Source: Octopus bimaculoides
Lineage: Eukaryota
NCBI RefSeq assembly: GCF_001194135.2
Contig: NC_068987.1
Span: 66,593,641-66,634,509, forward strand
DNA length: 40,869 bases
Direction of reading: 5' to 3'
Under the pieces are notes generated by a model. That model had not been told where the DNA came from, did not search any database, and was given only the letters and a program-made list of their open reading frames with translations. The translations under genes were made by a program, and so were the position numbers. Below, piece by piece: positions 12,658 through 25,084 of the stretch (the first letter of the stretch is position 1; every line of letters begins with the position of its first letter).

Positions 12658-13925
12658 AGAGGGTGTACGCAAAAGAAACCGGAATTTTGCAACATTATTT
12701 TCTTAACTCGGGTTTATATGTTTACATTTTTATTGCCTTCAAAGTATTTTCCGTTTGAAGCAATGCATCGGTCTAGATGCATTTTTCACTGTTCGAAGTA
12801 GTGCTGGGACTCTTGCGAAATGATGTCTTTTAACGTCTCTGTCGTTTTTTTTCTTCACCTCTCTCACATCTGCCAAAAGTTTTCCTTTAGGGACATTTTT
12901 CATTCGAAGGAACAAAAAAAAAGTTGCAGGGGTAAGATCGGGTGAAGGCTATTTTTGGTCAAAATCTGTCTCACACTCGAGGCAGTGTGCGAAGGAGCAC
13001 TGTGGTGATGAAACCACCACTTTCCACTTTACGGCTGGTCGGGGCGTTTTCGTTGCGCCGTGTCTCGCAAACGCTTCATAACTGTCAAGTAATAAGTCGG
13101 GTTAACAGTTTGATCAGGAGAAACAAACATTGTGTGGACAATTCCTTTCGCATCGATTAAACAAATCAATATCGTCTTGACACTGAACTTAATTTTATGC
13201 ACTTTTGAGGGGCGTGGTGACATTAAATGCCTCCATTAACTTGATTGCATCTTCGTTTCTGGGTCGTAGCCGTTGCACCAGCTTTCATCACTAGTGATAA
13301 CTTTCAAAATAAGGATCAACTTCTAGCTACTCTTTTAGTTCACGACACTCATTCAGTCGTAACTGATCTTAATTTTCCGTGAGCAAGCGAGGCACAGATT
13401 TTACGACAACTCTTTTCATTTGCAATTATTCGGTCAAAATCCGTTAATAGGAGCTCCAGGATACAAAAGTCACATCAACATGTTCGTCAATTGTTCAGTG
13501 ACGGTTCTCCAAGATCAGTTCATAAATTTCGTGATGTTTTCATTCGTTGGGAAGATCGACGGTGGCCTTAAACGTGGTCGATCTTCAACCGACAAGTCAT
13601 CATTCCCAAAGTGTAAAAACCACTCGTAAATTTGTATTTTGCTCATGGCAGCGTCCTTGAAGCATGAAGACTGTTTCGGTAGCCTTTGTACGGAGCAGAA
13701 AACAGAATTTTACGGAAGCGCGCTGTTTCTTCGTTTTAGCCATCGCGAAATTCGACGAACTAAAGAGAAACATTACAAAACAAAGACATACACGTGACAG
13801 TACGACTTTAATCAAAGACACCGGGGGCAGAGGGCCGCATCAAGTGACTTCTTGCGGTAGAAGCCTGAACTACAACGGACTTGTCCCACAGCAGACGTTT
13901 CCGGTTACTTTTGAGTAAGCCCTCG
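12658..13925 (-). mobile_element. Second full-length mariner element (different lineage), 1268 bp
   Basis: Left end TA-AGAGGGTGTACGCAAAAGAAACCGGAAT versus reverse-complemented right end TA-CGAGGGCTTACTCAAAAGTAACCGGAAA (6 mismatches in 30). TA at 12656-12657 and 13926-13927. Confidence 0.93.
12714..13743 (-). pseudogene. Mariner transposase pseudogene, catalytic residues lost
   Basis: QRASVKFCFLL..ATETV, ITSDESWC, SPRP.K..VKT.LIC..DAKGIVH..V.PDQTVN..YY..V.KRLR..RKRP, HHHSAPSH (Asp to His) and SPDLTPCNF (Asp to Asn), with a deletion before SPDL. Confidence 0.93.
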
Positions 13926-13985
13926 TATTAGAGAAATCCGAAACTGAAACTTTACGTTAGGCATTCGAAGTAATAGTAACTTGCT

Positions 13986-13987
<2 letters not shown>

Positions 13988-14027
<40 letters not shown>
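13988..14027. repeat. (TA)n microsatellite at gap edge
   Basis: Read directly. Similar (TA)n runs at 1-27, 1497-1515, 33131-33176, 34032-34065 and 39214-39251. Confidence 0.98.
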
Positions 14028-16066
14028 NNNNNNNNNNNNNNNNNNNNNNNNNAATAATAGAATTAACAATTAACAATTTTGCCAAGTAGTTCAGTATGAA
14101 ATAAACCTTTATCGGTAAGACCATTTATCATCATAAAATATATATATATTTGCTTTATAAGGAGAATTGTTTTGAAATAATTACCAATTTCAATTGAAAC
14201 CCATGTTTGTAAATCATTTACACATTTGCTGCATGTAAGTTCAGATATAAGTCTGATTTATAAATATACAGCATTTCAAATGCGTTTCCTTAAAACTGTC
14301 AAATTTGATTTTAATCTTATTAGTTTTAGAATGTTTCAAAAATATTTAAAGGTTACTAAATTTGAAATGTGGTTTTTCTTTTTTGAAAAAAATTGGTTTC
14401 TTGTTTCGACACGAAACCAGCAATTTGGAAGGAAGGGGATTAGTGAACACCATCAACTTAACTGGAATTTTTATCAAGAAAAGATGAAAGTTACTCTCGA
14501 TGGATTTTGGATTCAGTACGTAAAGACCTAGAACAAATACCATAAAGCATAAACTTCTACAAACACTGTATTGTAAAAACAAAAAAACATTCTATTTTCA
14601 AATCATTCTGTTAAAATTGTTTGCAATATGATATTGATAATATTCGAATTCTGGCAAGGATAGAAGTATTTCTCAATTCACCTGTCATGTTTATTTGTGC
14701 AATTATTAATAGGCGTTCTTAAACGATCTAGCGTAGTTGATATAACTCTAAATCAATGCCATAGAAGAGCGAAGTTAGCAGTTATAAGCAATGAAACTAT
14801 TGTGCAATGGTCCTGAAATTTGTTTATCGGTAGAGCTAACCTGTACTGAATTATTTTTTGCATATATAACTCGAAGACTATCTGCACTGAAATAAAATCA
14901 GTAAAAGACAGCTTCCATTGTTGGATCGATTTCTTTAGAGATTTGTTTCTGAATATTTCACATAGGGTCAAGGTAGCAATTATTTTCATTTTTCTTACAC
15001 ATTTCCGGTTGCATCATATAACCTAATGAGTTGTACAGACTTTTTAATATATCCGAATAAAAAGATACAAGCTATTATCTATCATCCAAATGACAAACTG
15101 TTTTAATTCACGATACGCTTATTAATTTCATTAATTTGACAACTATTTTTTTATTTCCTTCAACTGCTCAAAATTAATCATTCATTATTGAATACAATAT
15201 GTTGTGAACGGGAATGTTGAAAACGATTATAGAGAATGATTCAATCTTAACGCACATGTGTAAATACGGGTGTGCGTTGTACGTATGCATGCGCGTGTGA
15301 GGAAGTTCATGCTTCATATATTATTTAATAATACATCATTTAAATGTTTTAACATCAAAATTCTCCAAATGACTTCAGTAAACATAATTTCAAGCAGAAA
15401 AAATATTTCTTGGTTTCAACGTTTATTTCAATTACATTTTTCGAAGCTGTACAGTATCTGAGAATCATAAACTTTCACTTTATCAGGCTATAACGCCTCA
15501 GTCAGATTAAATTCCGTTTTAATAGAAATTACCATTAATTTTAGCCTTCACAGAATTGGTATTTGATTTGATTGCAGGATCACAATTATTTTCGCTTTTT
15601 TTTTTTCTACGAATCACTCGAACAGCAGATCTTCACTTGAGAGTGAATTTTAAATGGTAATAACGATAATTATATTAATTATTATAATAGAATGCTCACA
15701 AGAACATGGTCTGAAACAAATTGACATCCACAAGGCTGGAAAAGGTGAGATAAGGAGATTAGCATTTTGTCATAACGATAACTGCAACTTTTATAATAAT
15801 GATAATAAATATTTTTGACATTGGTATAATGCTTGTAATTATGCAGGGAGAGACACGTCCATTATATCGAAAGTAGAATTTGAATTGTACGGATTCTGAA
15901 AATCGATTTCATTGTGATTCGTACATAAAATATAATTAGATGGGGACTATAACGTATCTTCCATCTAACGCTCCCAATGACGAAACGGATAAAGAAAATA
16001 TCTTTACATACAACGATATATATATATATATAATATATATATATATATGTCTGTGTGTATACATAC

Positions 16067-16280
16067 CTTTTTCTACTCTAGGCACAAGGCCCGAAATTTT
16101 AGGGGAGGGGGCTAGTCGATTAGATCGACTCCAGTACGCGACTGGTACTTATTTAATTTATCGACCCCGAAAGGATAAAAGGCAAAGTTGACCTCGGCGG
16201 AATTTGAAAATCAGAACGTAAAGACAGACGAAATACCGCTAAATACCGGTGTGCTAATGTTTCTCCCAGCTCGTCGCTTT
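16067..16280 (-). mobile_element. tRNA-derived SINE, family A
   Basis: Reverse complement matches the copies at 31383-32120 (GAGCTGG..AGAA..TTAGCAC...AAATTCCGCCGAGGTC.ACTTTGCCTTT...GGGCCTTGTGCCTAGAGTAGAA). Confidence 0.9.
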
Positions 16281-16462
16281 GTTGACCAAGTAATAATATT
16301 AACTTGCGCATTGCCTCCTTACCTTAGACGCAAAGCACAATTCTTCTGTGGATAGGCTATAAGGGGTTTTCCAGTGAACTTTTAGATACGGCAAGCTTAT
16401 AAATGTGGTTCAAATGCTTTTGGATAAAATTAACAAATTACTGATAGTCATGAAATAATAAA

Positions 16463-16706
16463 GTAAAGTTCCTTCCCGAATCATACAGACTCAAAAGGGC
16501 CGGTTCCCATGGCGTATGAATTCCCCATCTAGACGGGACGTCGGTCCATCGCAAGATTCGTCATTTTTGCCGGCTGAGTGGCCTGAAGCAACGTGAAATG
16601 AAGGTGTTTTACTCAAGAACACAACGCGTTGCCCAGTATAGGAATCGAAACAACAATTTTATGATCGTAAGTCCAACACCTCGAACCACAAAGCTACACA
16701 CCACCA
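16463..16706 (-). mobile_element. tRNA-derived SINE, family D (degenerate)
   Basis: Minus-strand head GTGGTGTGTAGCTTTGTGG...GTTTCGATTCC (A/B-box-like), followed by GTTGTGTTCTTGAGTAAAACAC, a segment resembling mollusc core-SINE sequence. Confidence 0.7.
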
Positions 16707-17260
16707 CTATATGGCATAATACATTTACGTTAAGAAAAGGTTAGTTAAATGTTTTAACTTTTGCTTGAGGAGAAATAAAAAATAATGAAGTGATCTCCAA
16801 GTTGCAATTGAGCAGAATTCTAAGCAGTGCTTGGTTTTAATCCAATTTCAAGTATAAATCGCCATTTGGCAGTTTGTAAGTTGGTAGTCATATTATTATG
16901 TACAACATCACTTCTATTAGGATGCTGTTATGGCTTCCGCTTCTTTGAACGTTAACTACTTTTTGATTTCTTAGCTCTGGAGTTAAGGTGTATATGCCTT
17001 CGTTAATTTCTTTGCAGCATTTGAAGTTTAATTATTTTAGACTAGGTATAATTTGGCGGATACGATTTGTTTGTTTTAATCACTTTTGCTTTTAAATATG
17101 TATAGGGTTTAGATGAAATTAATTCAACTACTTTATATAATTATGCTTATTCAGTAAGTATGGGTTTAGTCTGAAATGTTTCTGCATTGTAGACATTTAA
17201 AATTTCGTGTGTTTGAGTAGAATGTTGTTCAGCTTGTTTGCAGACATGTAGTTCTATATA

Positions 17261-17454
17261 TTCTTTTTCTTGTTCATGTCATTTGACTGCAGCCATGCTA
17301 TAGAGCCGCCTTGAAGGGCTTTAGTTGAATATATCGACCCAAGGACTTACTTCTTAAGCCTAGTACTTATTCAATCTGTTCCTTTTGTCGAACCAAGTTA
17401 CAGAGACGTAAACACAACACCGGTTGTCAAGCGGTGATGAGGGGACAAACACAG

Positions 17455-17486
<32 letters not shown>

Positions 17487-17648
17487 GACGGGTTTCTCTC
17501 AGTTTCCGTCTAGCAAATAAATTCACAAGGTCTTGGGTCGGCCCGTGGTTATAGTAGAAGACACTTGCCCAAGGTGCTACACAGTGGGACTGAACCGGGA
17601 ATCATGAGGTTGGAAAGGAAGCTTCTTACAACAGTCACGCCTGCGCCT
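17261..17648 (-). mobile_element. SINE family B, full length, with internal (CA)n(TA)n tract
   Basis: Minus-strand head AGGCGCAGG...CCCGGTTCAGTCCCACTG...CACCTTGGGCAAGTGTCTTCTACTATA; internal microsatellite ~17452-17486; 3' half shared with the 8580 and 29890 copies. Confidence 0.9.
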
Positions 17649-18903
17649 TTCTGTTAGTAACTTTTATATAGTTTGAAAGCTTTTGTCATGTCCATATTAT
17701 GTTATGTTTTATATTATTTATTTTAGTTTTTTGTTTCAGTAAGCAAGTTATCCAGTCAAATATTTTCCGTTATTCGATATGTATTTAATAGATATTCGTC
17801 TTTGTTACTCTTTTTCGTTGCACATTGTTCGGGGACGTTGGTTAAAAGGCATATGGTTCCTATAGTTGACATTCGTTTATGTTCGTTAATGAATCTGTGT
17901 TTGAAATTGTAGTTTTGCTTTTTCTGAGTCATTAGTTTCACTGTTATATATCGGTGGATCACTAAATTTTGCACAACACGCTTAGTTCGTTACTACTCTT
18001 TGTTCTATTGTTTTTGACGTTGCAATGTCTGTTTGGGGAGTAATTTCTTTTTTTTTTTATTGGTACAACCTTTTAATTTCATTAACAAAATTTTCTTTCT
18101 GTTCGATATTGGTAGTTATGATAGTAAGCAGATATAGACGTAATGAGTTTATTAGCGTAATGTTTTTCTCCTGCTATTTCCCTATTGCTTCCCTGGCAGT
18201 GTTCATAGTTTTTAACACTGTTGACAACGTCGGATTGAATGGCGCGGTCCAAGTGTGGAAGGCATAGTGATATCCGCTAAGCAACTGGTGAAGGGAATAT
18301 ATATTTTGGGTGTCTGTGCATTTTTATATATCTCGTTATTCCGAGATGTCCGTAAGGTTCAACATGTTGAAGGGTTCATGGTTCATGTTGATTACATATA
18401 TTATTGCACGATTGTCTTTATTTGTAATCTTCTTATGCTAGTATGACACTTAATGATTTCTAGTTTTGAGGCTTTCTCTGGCATATGTATATTTATACAT
18501 ATATATAGAGAGAGACATGTATGTATACACACATATGCACGCGTTCACACACATGCATATATATATATATATATATATTTCCTGTCTTGTTTTTTGTCCG
18601 CCACTACATTCCTCCATGGCAAGATTTAACTTGTGTATACGAATTTAATTTGCGGTCCATGGGAAGAGCCGTTTTAGCGATGCGTCCTGTCCAGCTCTTC
18701 GAAACGCCGGTGTTAAAACGGGGGTAGCTGATGAAGTAGAATGTTCTCTATGTGGCTTGCGTGTTTTCTCGTCTACGTTTTGTTTGCAATGTCCTGTACC
18801 CAGATATGCACCTATACATACAGGTGGATGTCGGTACGCACATACCTGTACGTATATATGCATATACTCATTTACTATTTGTTTATTTATATATGTATGT
18901 ATG

Positions 18904-18934
<31 letters not shown>

Positions 18935-19287
18935 ATACATACATACATACATACATACACACATATTCTTATAAGTAATTTTTGGGTTTAGAACAATCTG
19001 CTGGTAATTATTTATACTGAAACAATAACTATATCGTTGCATAGTGAAACTGTATACCCCTCCCGATAAAAAGATATGAGAGTGGACCATTATAAATAGA
19101 CCAGTAGACGTCAGGAGTGGGTCAAGAGTCGACAGTTCTAGTTGGTATCTTGGGGGGCTATCGGCGATAGTAAGACAGAAGAAGTTAGTGTATTACAATT
19201 CCGGTACGAAGAGATACAACGGTATCCGATGACTAGAAACTATTGGGTTACATTTCATACAAGTCGGAGGAACCAACTTTACAACAG

Positions 19288-19299
19288 TGGCGGCGAGGA
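19288..19299 (+). other. Primer-binding-site-like sequence
   Basis: TGGCGGCGAGGA lies one base after ...CAACA and resembles the TGGCGACGAG PBS typical of this Gypsy group. Confidence 0.7.
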
Positions 19300-19499
19300 A
19301 AAACAAATTTACGCGGAGTGAAAAAAGAAAAAAGCTTTCACACGGTATCCAATGAAACAAAAAAGAAACATCTTGCTGTGCAAGCTTACGAAAATCGTAA
19401 CGTATGGAAGGAAGACATGTTAGCTGGGGTAGTTGAGTTGCAAAACAGCGATAACCACAACTCGAGGAACAACGAGAACAACTACAAGGATTGCAGCAG

Positions 19500-20990
19500 C
19501 AAATGTCACAACTAATAAAGTTGATAATCAAACCGGAGAATATATTCTCGCCTGACCATGTAGGAAATTCCATGAAATGAATTAAAAGATGGCGTATCCT
19601 TTGAGGCTTACTTTCGAAGATTTGAACAAGTTTTTTTTTTAAAAATGTCAGGATTGGACGGACAAAATGAAAACGCGTCTAGTTTTAAGAATATTAGCGA
19701 CAGCAGAACATGAGGAGTATAGTAACTTCATACTGCCAAATAAAGCGTCCGACATAAATTTCACCGACACAATTGACATTTTGTACAAAACGTTTAGCGA
19801 AAAGACCTTACTGTTTTATCCTAGATTGAAATGTTTAAATATAGTAAAAGAGCGAAGATAAAGACTTCACTACTTACACAGGCAGAGTCAACAAAGCTAT
19901 TTCGGCTGGATATGCTCACTCCAGATTCTTTCAAGTGGTTTTTGCAAAAGGTTTGACAGATAAACGGGATGCAGAAATCCGAATGAAAATTCTAGGAAAA
20001 CTGTAAATGAACCAGGATTTGACATCGCGGAAACTGTCGGAAGAGTGTTACATGATATTAAAACTAAACGGTAGAAATTCAACGGAAAGAGTGTTTTCAC
20101 GTAAGACCAGTGCAGAAAAGTAAGAGGACAAAGTGTTGCAAGAAAAACAGAAAAAATATCTGGATGTAGACCCATGTATGGCATGAGATAGGATGCACCT
20201 AAGAAAAGATTGTCCGTATAAAAAAGCAAAGTGTTTTTGCTGTCGGTTTACAGGACATATAAAATCGCACTGCCAAACTAGAATGATAGGAAAATGGAAC
20301 AAACAAGAAAAAATAAATGGTTTGTCAGCAGGAAAAGTTATGACTAAAACAAACAGAAATTTTGTGAATGTGAGAATTGAAACTACTAGTGTCAGAATGC
20401 AATTAGACACAGGAAGTGACATCACAATCATAAATGAGAAAACATGGGAACAAATGAGTAAACCAAAACTATATAGTTCAAATAAAACAGTGCATGGTGT
20501 TACTGAAAGAAAATTATATTTCACTGACGAACGTGCTTGTAATATAATGTTCAAAGGTCGAATCAAAAACGTGAATGTTTATGCGTTTAAAAGAATGCAT
20601 GGATTTATTTGGCACCGAATGTATGGAGAAATTTAATTTATGAGATACATCCATAAGCGTTTTGTGTCATAACGTAAATGGAGCAGTCAAAAGATCGAAC
20701 AAGCTCGATGAATTGAGAAAAAAAATTGTTTTCGGAAGGTTTAGGCTGTTGCACAAAACAAAAGTAAGGATTACTCCCAAAGAAAATTCAACACTTATTT
20801 TCAAGCCCAAACGGAACTTGCTGTTTGCGGCGATAGATCAGGTCACTAAAGAACTAGAAAGGTTGGAAAACCTGAATATAATTGAAAAGATTGGCCATAC
20901 AGACTGGCTAACACCGGCAGTGTACGTAAAATAGGAATAACAAGCTAAAAGTGTGAGCAGACTTTTCAACTGGATTAAACGACTGTTTAT
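19500..20990 (+). pseudogene. Gypsy gag, aspartic protease and RT N-terminus
   Basis: KTRLVLRILATAEHEEYSNFILP (gag), CPYKKAKCFCCRFTGHIKSHC (zinc knuckle), QLDTGSDITIINEKTW (protease active site), DQVTKELERLE..IIEK..W.TP.V.V and ADFSTGLNDCL (RT start). Confidence 0.92.
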
Positions 20991-21004
20991 TCACACACAC
21001 ACAC

Positions 21005-21410
21005 TCATATACGGTTATAAACTTCTTAGACGAGCCGTTCGCAAGATTTGTTGTACCGTATATGATTGTCTCTGATAACGGAACACAATTTGTATCTTGT
21101 GAGTTTAAAAGATTCTGCGAGATGTTCACGCTAGTATATAAGACTGTAGCACCGTATCACCCTAGATAGAATGGAAGGGCCGAACGGTTCGTGGACACTT
21201 TTAAGAGAGCTTTAAAGAAAGTAATAAGGAGTCACGGACGAGGTAACGCTCCAACAATTCTTAAGGGTATACATGGTAACTCCGGACCCAAACGTGCCAG
21301 AAGGACGTTTACCAACAGAATTAATGTCTGCAAGAAAGGTGGAGTCAGTTTTCGATAAACTATTACCAGTAAAGAAAATTACCTGGTAGTAAAGACATGC
21401 CAAAATTCTT
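21005..21410 (+). pseudogene. Gypsy integrase core fragment
   Basis: IVSDNGTQF (Asp 21074-21076), PYHPR*NGRAERFVDTFKRALKK (Glu 21182-21184); D-35-E spacing counted directly. Confidence 0.93.
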
Positions 21411-22637
21411 TAGAAATGGTCATAAGAATGTACAAAAATGGCAAGCAATATCGGGAAGGAGAAATTGTAACATACATAGGAAGAATGATGTATTGTGTAA
21501 GAAACACAAATGGAATGGAAAGGTGACATAGAAATCTGGAAAGAGTCATAGAAAACGAGTCAATGAGAGTAGAAATGCCGAAGGATTGGTTATATGACAC
21601 TTTTCACATTCCAACACTGCTACAAGAAGTCGAAATCACACCAACAAGGAAAAGGAAGTATACTGAATTCCTAAAGGTAGACATTTTTCTTTATGAATTC
21701 CAGTATTGTTGCTGATAGACAATTCTTATATTTTTCGGCGACTAGAAATATCTATCGATAGGTTATCAGCCAATGGTTTGGTGGAAACGATCACTCGATT
21801 ATTTGAACCCCACTGCTACATAATTCATCAGCTCTGGTAGGACGAAAAAGAAATTCAATCTTTCTTGGTGGTCGAACTCGAGATTTAAAAGCCGTAAAGT
21901 ATTTCATTCGACACGCTGTCCGTTGTGCCAATCTATCAATCTCCTTCTCTAGCATTAGTCTTCAACCGGCGTGAATATGACCGTCGATTTTCTACATAAC
22001 ATTTTGCTGTTAAAATATATCTGCAATAAATTTCTCATACTTCTACAATGCATAAACTATTATAACACTTTTAAAATACAATTCCTTATAATATTTCATT
22101 ATAAAAATATACTAGAATTTTTTAAACATCGAATGGCTATGAGGGTACATCCGTTTAAAATCGATAGAGTTCCATAGGTAGAAAATTGTTGAGAGCCAAT
22201 ATTGTAAAGTATTGATTACTTGCGTGTGCATGAGGAAGGGTATGGTCGATTCCAGTAATTCACTTGTACATGTTTTATCAACCTTAGAAGATTGAAAATT
22301 AAAACCAATCTTAGCAGCGATGGATCGCAAAATGTAAAGAGAAATAATTAAATAGTAATGCATTTTGTTCGTCGCACAAACGATTCTGTCAGTCTACTGC
22401 CACAATATTAACTTTTTATCAAAATCTATCAGAGTTTAACAGCGTCAACTGGTAAAATTTGAAATCGGATCGTAGAGCGTCGAAATTACAGAACATATAA
22501 TTTCTACCATATCTACCTACTCACCGTTCTTCTTTAACAAACCAGATAATAAGGATACAAATGCATGCTCATTCATGTTATCGATTTTAAGTTTACATTG
22601 TATGGAAGAATATTCGTTGACTCGCAGCAAGTACTCA

Positions 22638-22757
22638 CCTAAGATTTTGTCTACTGCTTTTCACTAATTGATACCGTTCTTAGATGTCGTCTATTGCATT
22701 TCACTAATTGTTATCGCCTAAGATATTGTCTACAATACTTCATTAATTTATACTGTT
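22638..22757. repeat. Degenerate 39-40 bp minisatellite, 3 units
   Basis: Units begin at 22638, 22678 and 22717, with shared core C.T.AGAT.T.GTCTA....TTCA.TAATT. Confidence 0.8.
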
Positions 22758-23849
22758 CATGAATAGCTTCTGTCACGTTTGAGCCAAAAAAGCAAACAAC
22801 AAAAAACATCAGGTACAAAATGTTCTGTATAGAAACAAATGAATAGTTTAGTGGGGAGCCATTTTGTTAAGCTAGTAATACACTAGCCTAGTTAGTGTAT
22901 AGTGATTTAGTAGTTGAATAAATGAATGGATTATTCGTATTTTTGTTGTGAGAATAGATATAAAAAAAACAGAAACTTAATGAAAATATCCACAATACGT
23001 ATTAAGTCATATGCAATCAAGTACAAAGTATATTCACTAGACAGTCTCTGTGTTCAAGAATAATGGTTGCAGCTCACGAGTATATGTTTTATACGTATTG
23101 TCTAACATCACACTAAATCAGAACTAGTAGTGAAAAGCTAAATTCTCTTGTGTAGTTAATCAGTTGCTGTACTATCTTTGTCACGTCCAGCGCAAATAAC
23201 ATAGGTAAAATATTGATAAATATACTGAATACAAGCTTTCAAGAACAAAAACAACAACGTATTGTCGCAGATTTGTTATGTGGAATAATGACACAATTAC
23301 TGCATAATAACATCCTAGGAAACACAGGGATGGATCGATCGACTGATGTTATTGATGTTGTTGCTGTTGCGATTGTTGTTCTCTGTTGTTTATTAATAAA
23401 TATAGTTCAGACACTTATAAAAAGAATTATTGTGCTAAAGTCATTAAGTGTCATGAAACAAGTATTAATAGGCTATAGTACACTATAGTAAAACAAACAT
23501 TGAAGCCGTAGTCCTAGTGGGTACAATGAAATTCATATCAATACAGACCTTTTTATGTTCAGCTTGTAAAGGAATGAAGGTCCATTAAAAATAAAAAATC
23601 CCATCAATGGGTGGGCAATACAAAAATGGTAAGGTGTAGATGGTGATGATGCTACGCCATTTGAACGATTTAAATGGTTACGTCAAACGTTTTTGTCTCT
23701 ATACTGGCCAAAACTTATGTGCGAGGAATTGAGCTTTTGGCACAACGATCGTAACAAATAATAGAATACGATAGTATATATTTTGATGAGTAAATGCTTT
23801 CCGTATGTATTTAATTTGAACTATTATTTAATGAGTGACATTAGAAAAT

Positions 23850-24227
23850 GTTGTTGTTGGCACTCCGTCGCTTACGACGTCGAGGGTTCCAGTTGATCCG
23901 ATCAACGGAACAGGCTGCTCGTGAAATTAACGTGCAAGTGGCTGAGCACTCCACAGACACGTGTACCCTTAACGTAGTTCTCGGGGATATTCAGCATGAC
24001 ACAGTGTGATAACGCTTACCCTTTGAATTACAGGTAGAACAGAAACAGGAAGTAAGAGTNNNNNNNNNNAAGAGTACAGCAGGGTTCGCCACCATCCCCT
24101 GCCGGAGCCTCGTGGAGCTTTAGGTGTTTTCGCTCAATAAACACTCACAACGCGCGGTATGGGAATCGAAACCGCGATCCTATGACCGCGAGTCCGCTGC
24201 CCTAACCACTGGGCCATTGCGCCTGCA
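23850..24227 (-). mobile_element. tRNA-derived SINE, family C, second copy
   Basis: About 14 substitutions versus 7113-7494 by eye over ~360 nt. Degenerate TSD TGACATTAGAAAAT (23836-23849) / TGACATACGAAAAT (24228-24241). Contains a 10-N gap. Confidence 0.93.
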
Positions 24228-24714
24228 TGACATACGAAAATACCTTTGATTCATCCTAGCATGTCATACCTATGTAAACATACATGAGGAAAAAGCAGTA
24301 GGCAAGGTTTAGTTACTTTTGCATACAAACATATTTTAAGCATTATGTTTAATATGCATATTTGCATCTGTGTGTATTCTGTGTTGTAATGTAATCATGT
24401 GTAGCATTGGCTTCCATGTGATTTAGTGTTTCACTGTGTGATTGGCACGTTTTCCCACTTATATCATCAGTCTATGTGTCGATGTACTTGTGTGCATTTG
24501 TACGTGCGTTAATTAATTAATTATTTCCGGTGACGTCATTGCTCTATAATTTTTTTTTTTTTTTTCGTGCGATTTCAATGGGAAAACAGCCTGGAAAATA
24601 ACGCCTTATGAAATTTTTGCTTGTGTCTATTTAATGCTATAAAAAATAAGTGTGTTGTGGGGCGGCTGGAATGGCTTCATACTGAAAGATTTATTGTTCA
24701 CCAACTGAAAGTAT

Positions 24715-25080
24715 ATCATCATCTTCATCACCACTATCACCGTCATCATCAACACCACCACCAGCAATGGCAATAACAACAACGGCACCTGCAGCAGCAT
24801 TATAATTGCAGCAGATTTATTATTGCATGAGTAGTACTGTCGTTGAGGTTATCAACTTCATCATCACCACCGTCACTATTATCATCACCACAACCACCAT
24901 CATCACCACCACTACCACTACCACCACAACATCCATCACCAACACCTCTACGGACACTGCAACCTCCAGCATCATCGTTGCCGTTATCACCACCATCATC
25001 ATCATCGTTATAGTCATCATCATCGTCGTCGTCGACATCATCATAATGTTCATCATCATCATTATCATCGTCATTATTAT
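24715..25080. repeat. Degenerate (CAT/CAC)n trinucleotide low-complexity tract
   Basis: Read directly. A related tract lies at 25590-25780. Confidence 0.9.
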
Positions 25081-25084
25081 TTTC

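Larger units (their letters stand above)
19035..21690 (+). mobile_element. Ty3/Gypsy LTR retrotransposon (Mag/K02A2.6-like), decayed and internally deleted
   Basis: A putative 5' LTR ends ...ACAACA at 19286, followed by PBS-like TGGCGGCGAGGA, then gag, protease, the RT start and the integrase core. The 5' boundary is uncertain and I found no 3' LTR or PPT. Confidence 0.9.

Noticed and set aside
18655-18735. Second hammerhead candidate (hairpin plus GAAAC, with CTGATGA at 18728-18734)
   Set aside because: There is no CUGANGA upstream of the stem, the position before the cleavage site is C rather than U, and the downstream CTGATGA has no supporting stem I. Not supportable as a ribozyme.
23156-23488. 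Plus-strand exon pair (LISCCTIFVTSSANNI / EQKQQRIVADLL..)
   Set aside because: The implied intron is only about 40 nt and the second part runs into low-complexity sequence.
24525-24538. TTCCGG-TGACGTCA (CRE palindrome) as a promoter
   Set aside because: A single 8-mer in 40 kb is compatible with chance, and there is no associated gene start.
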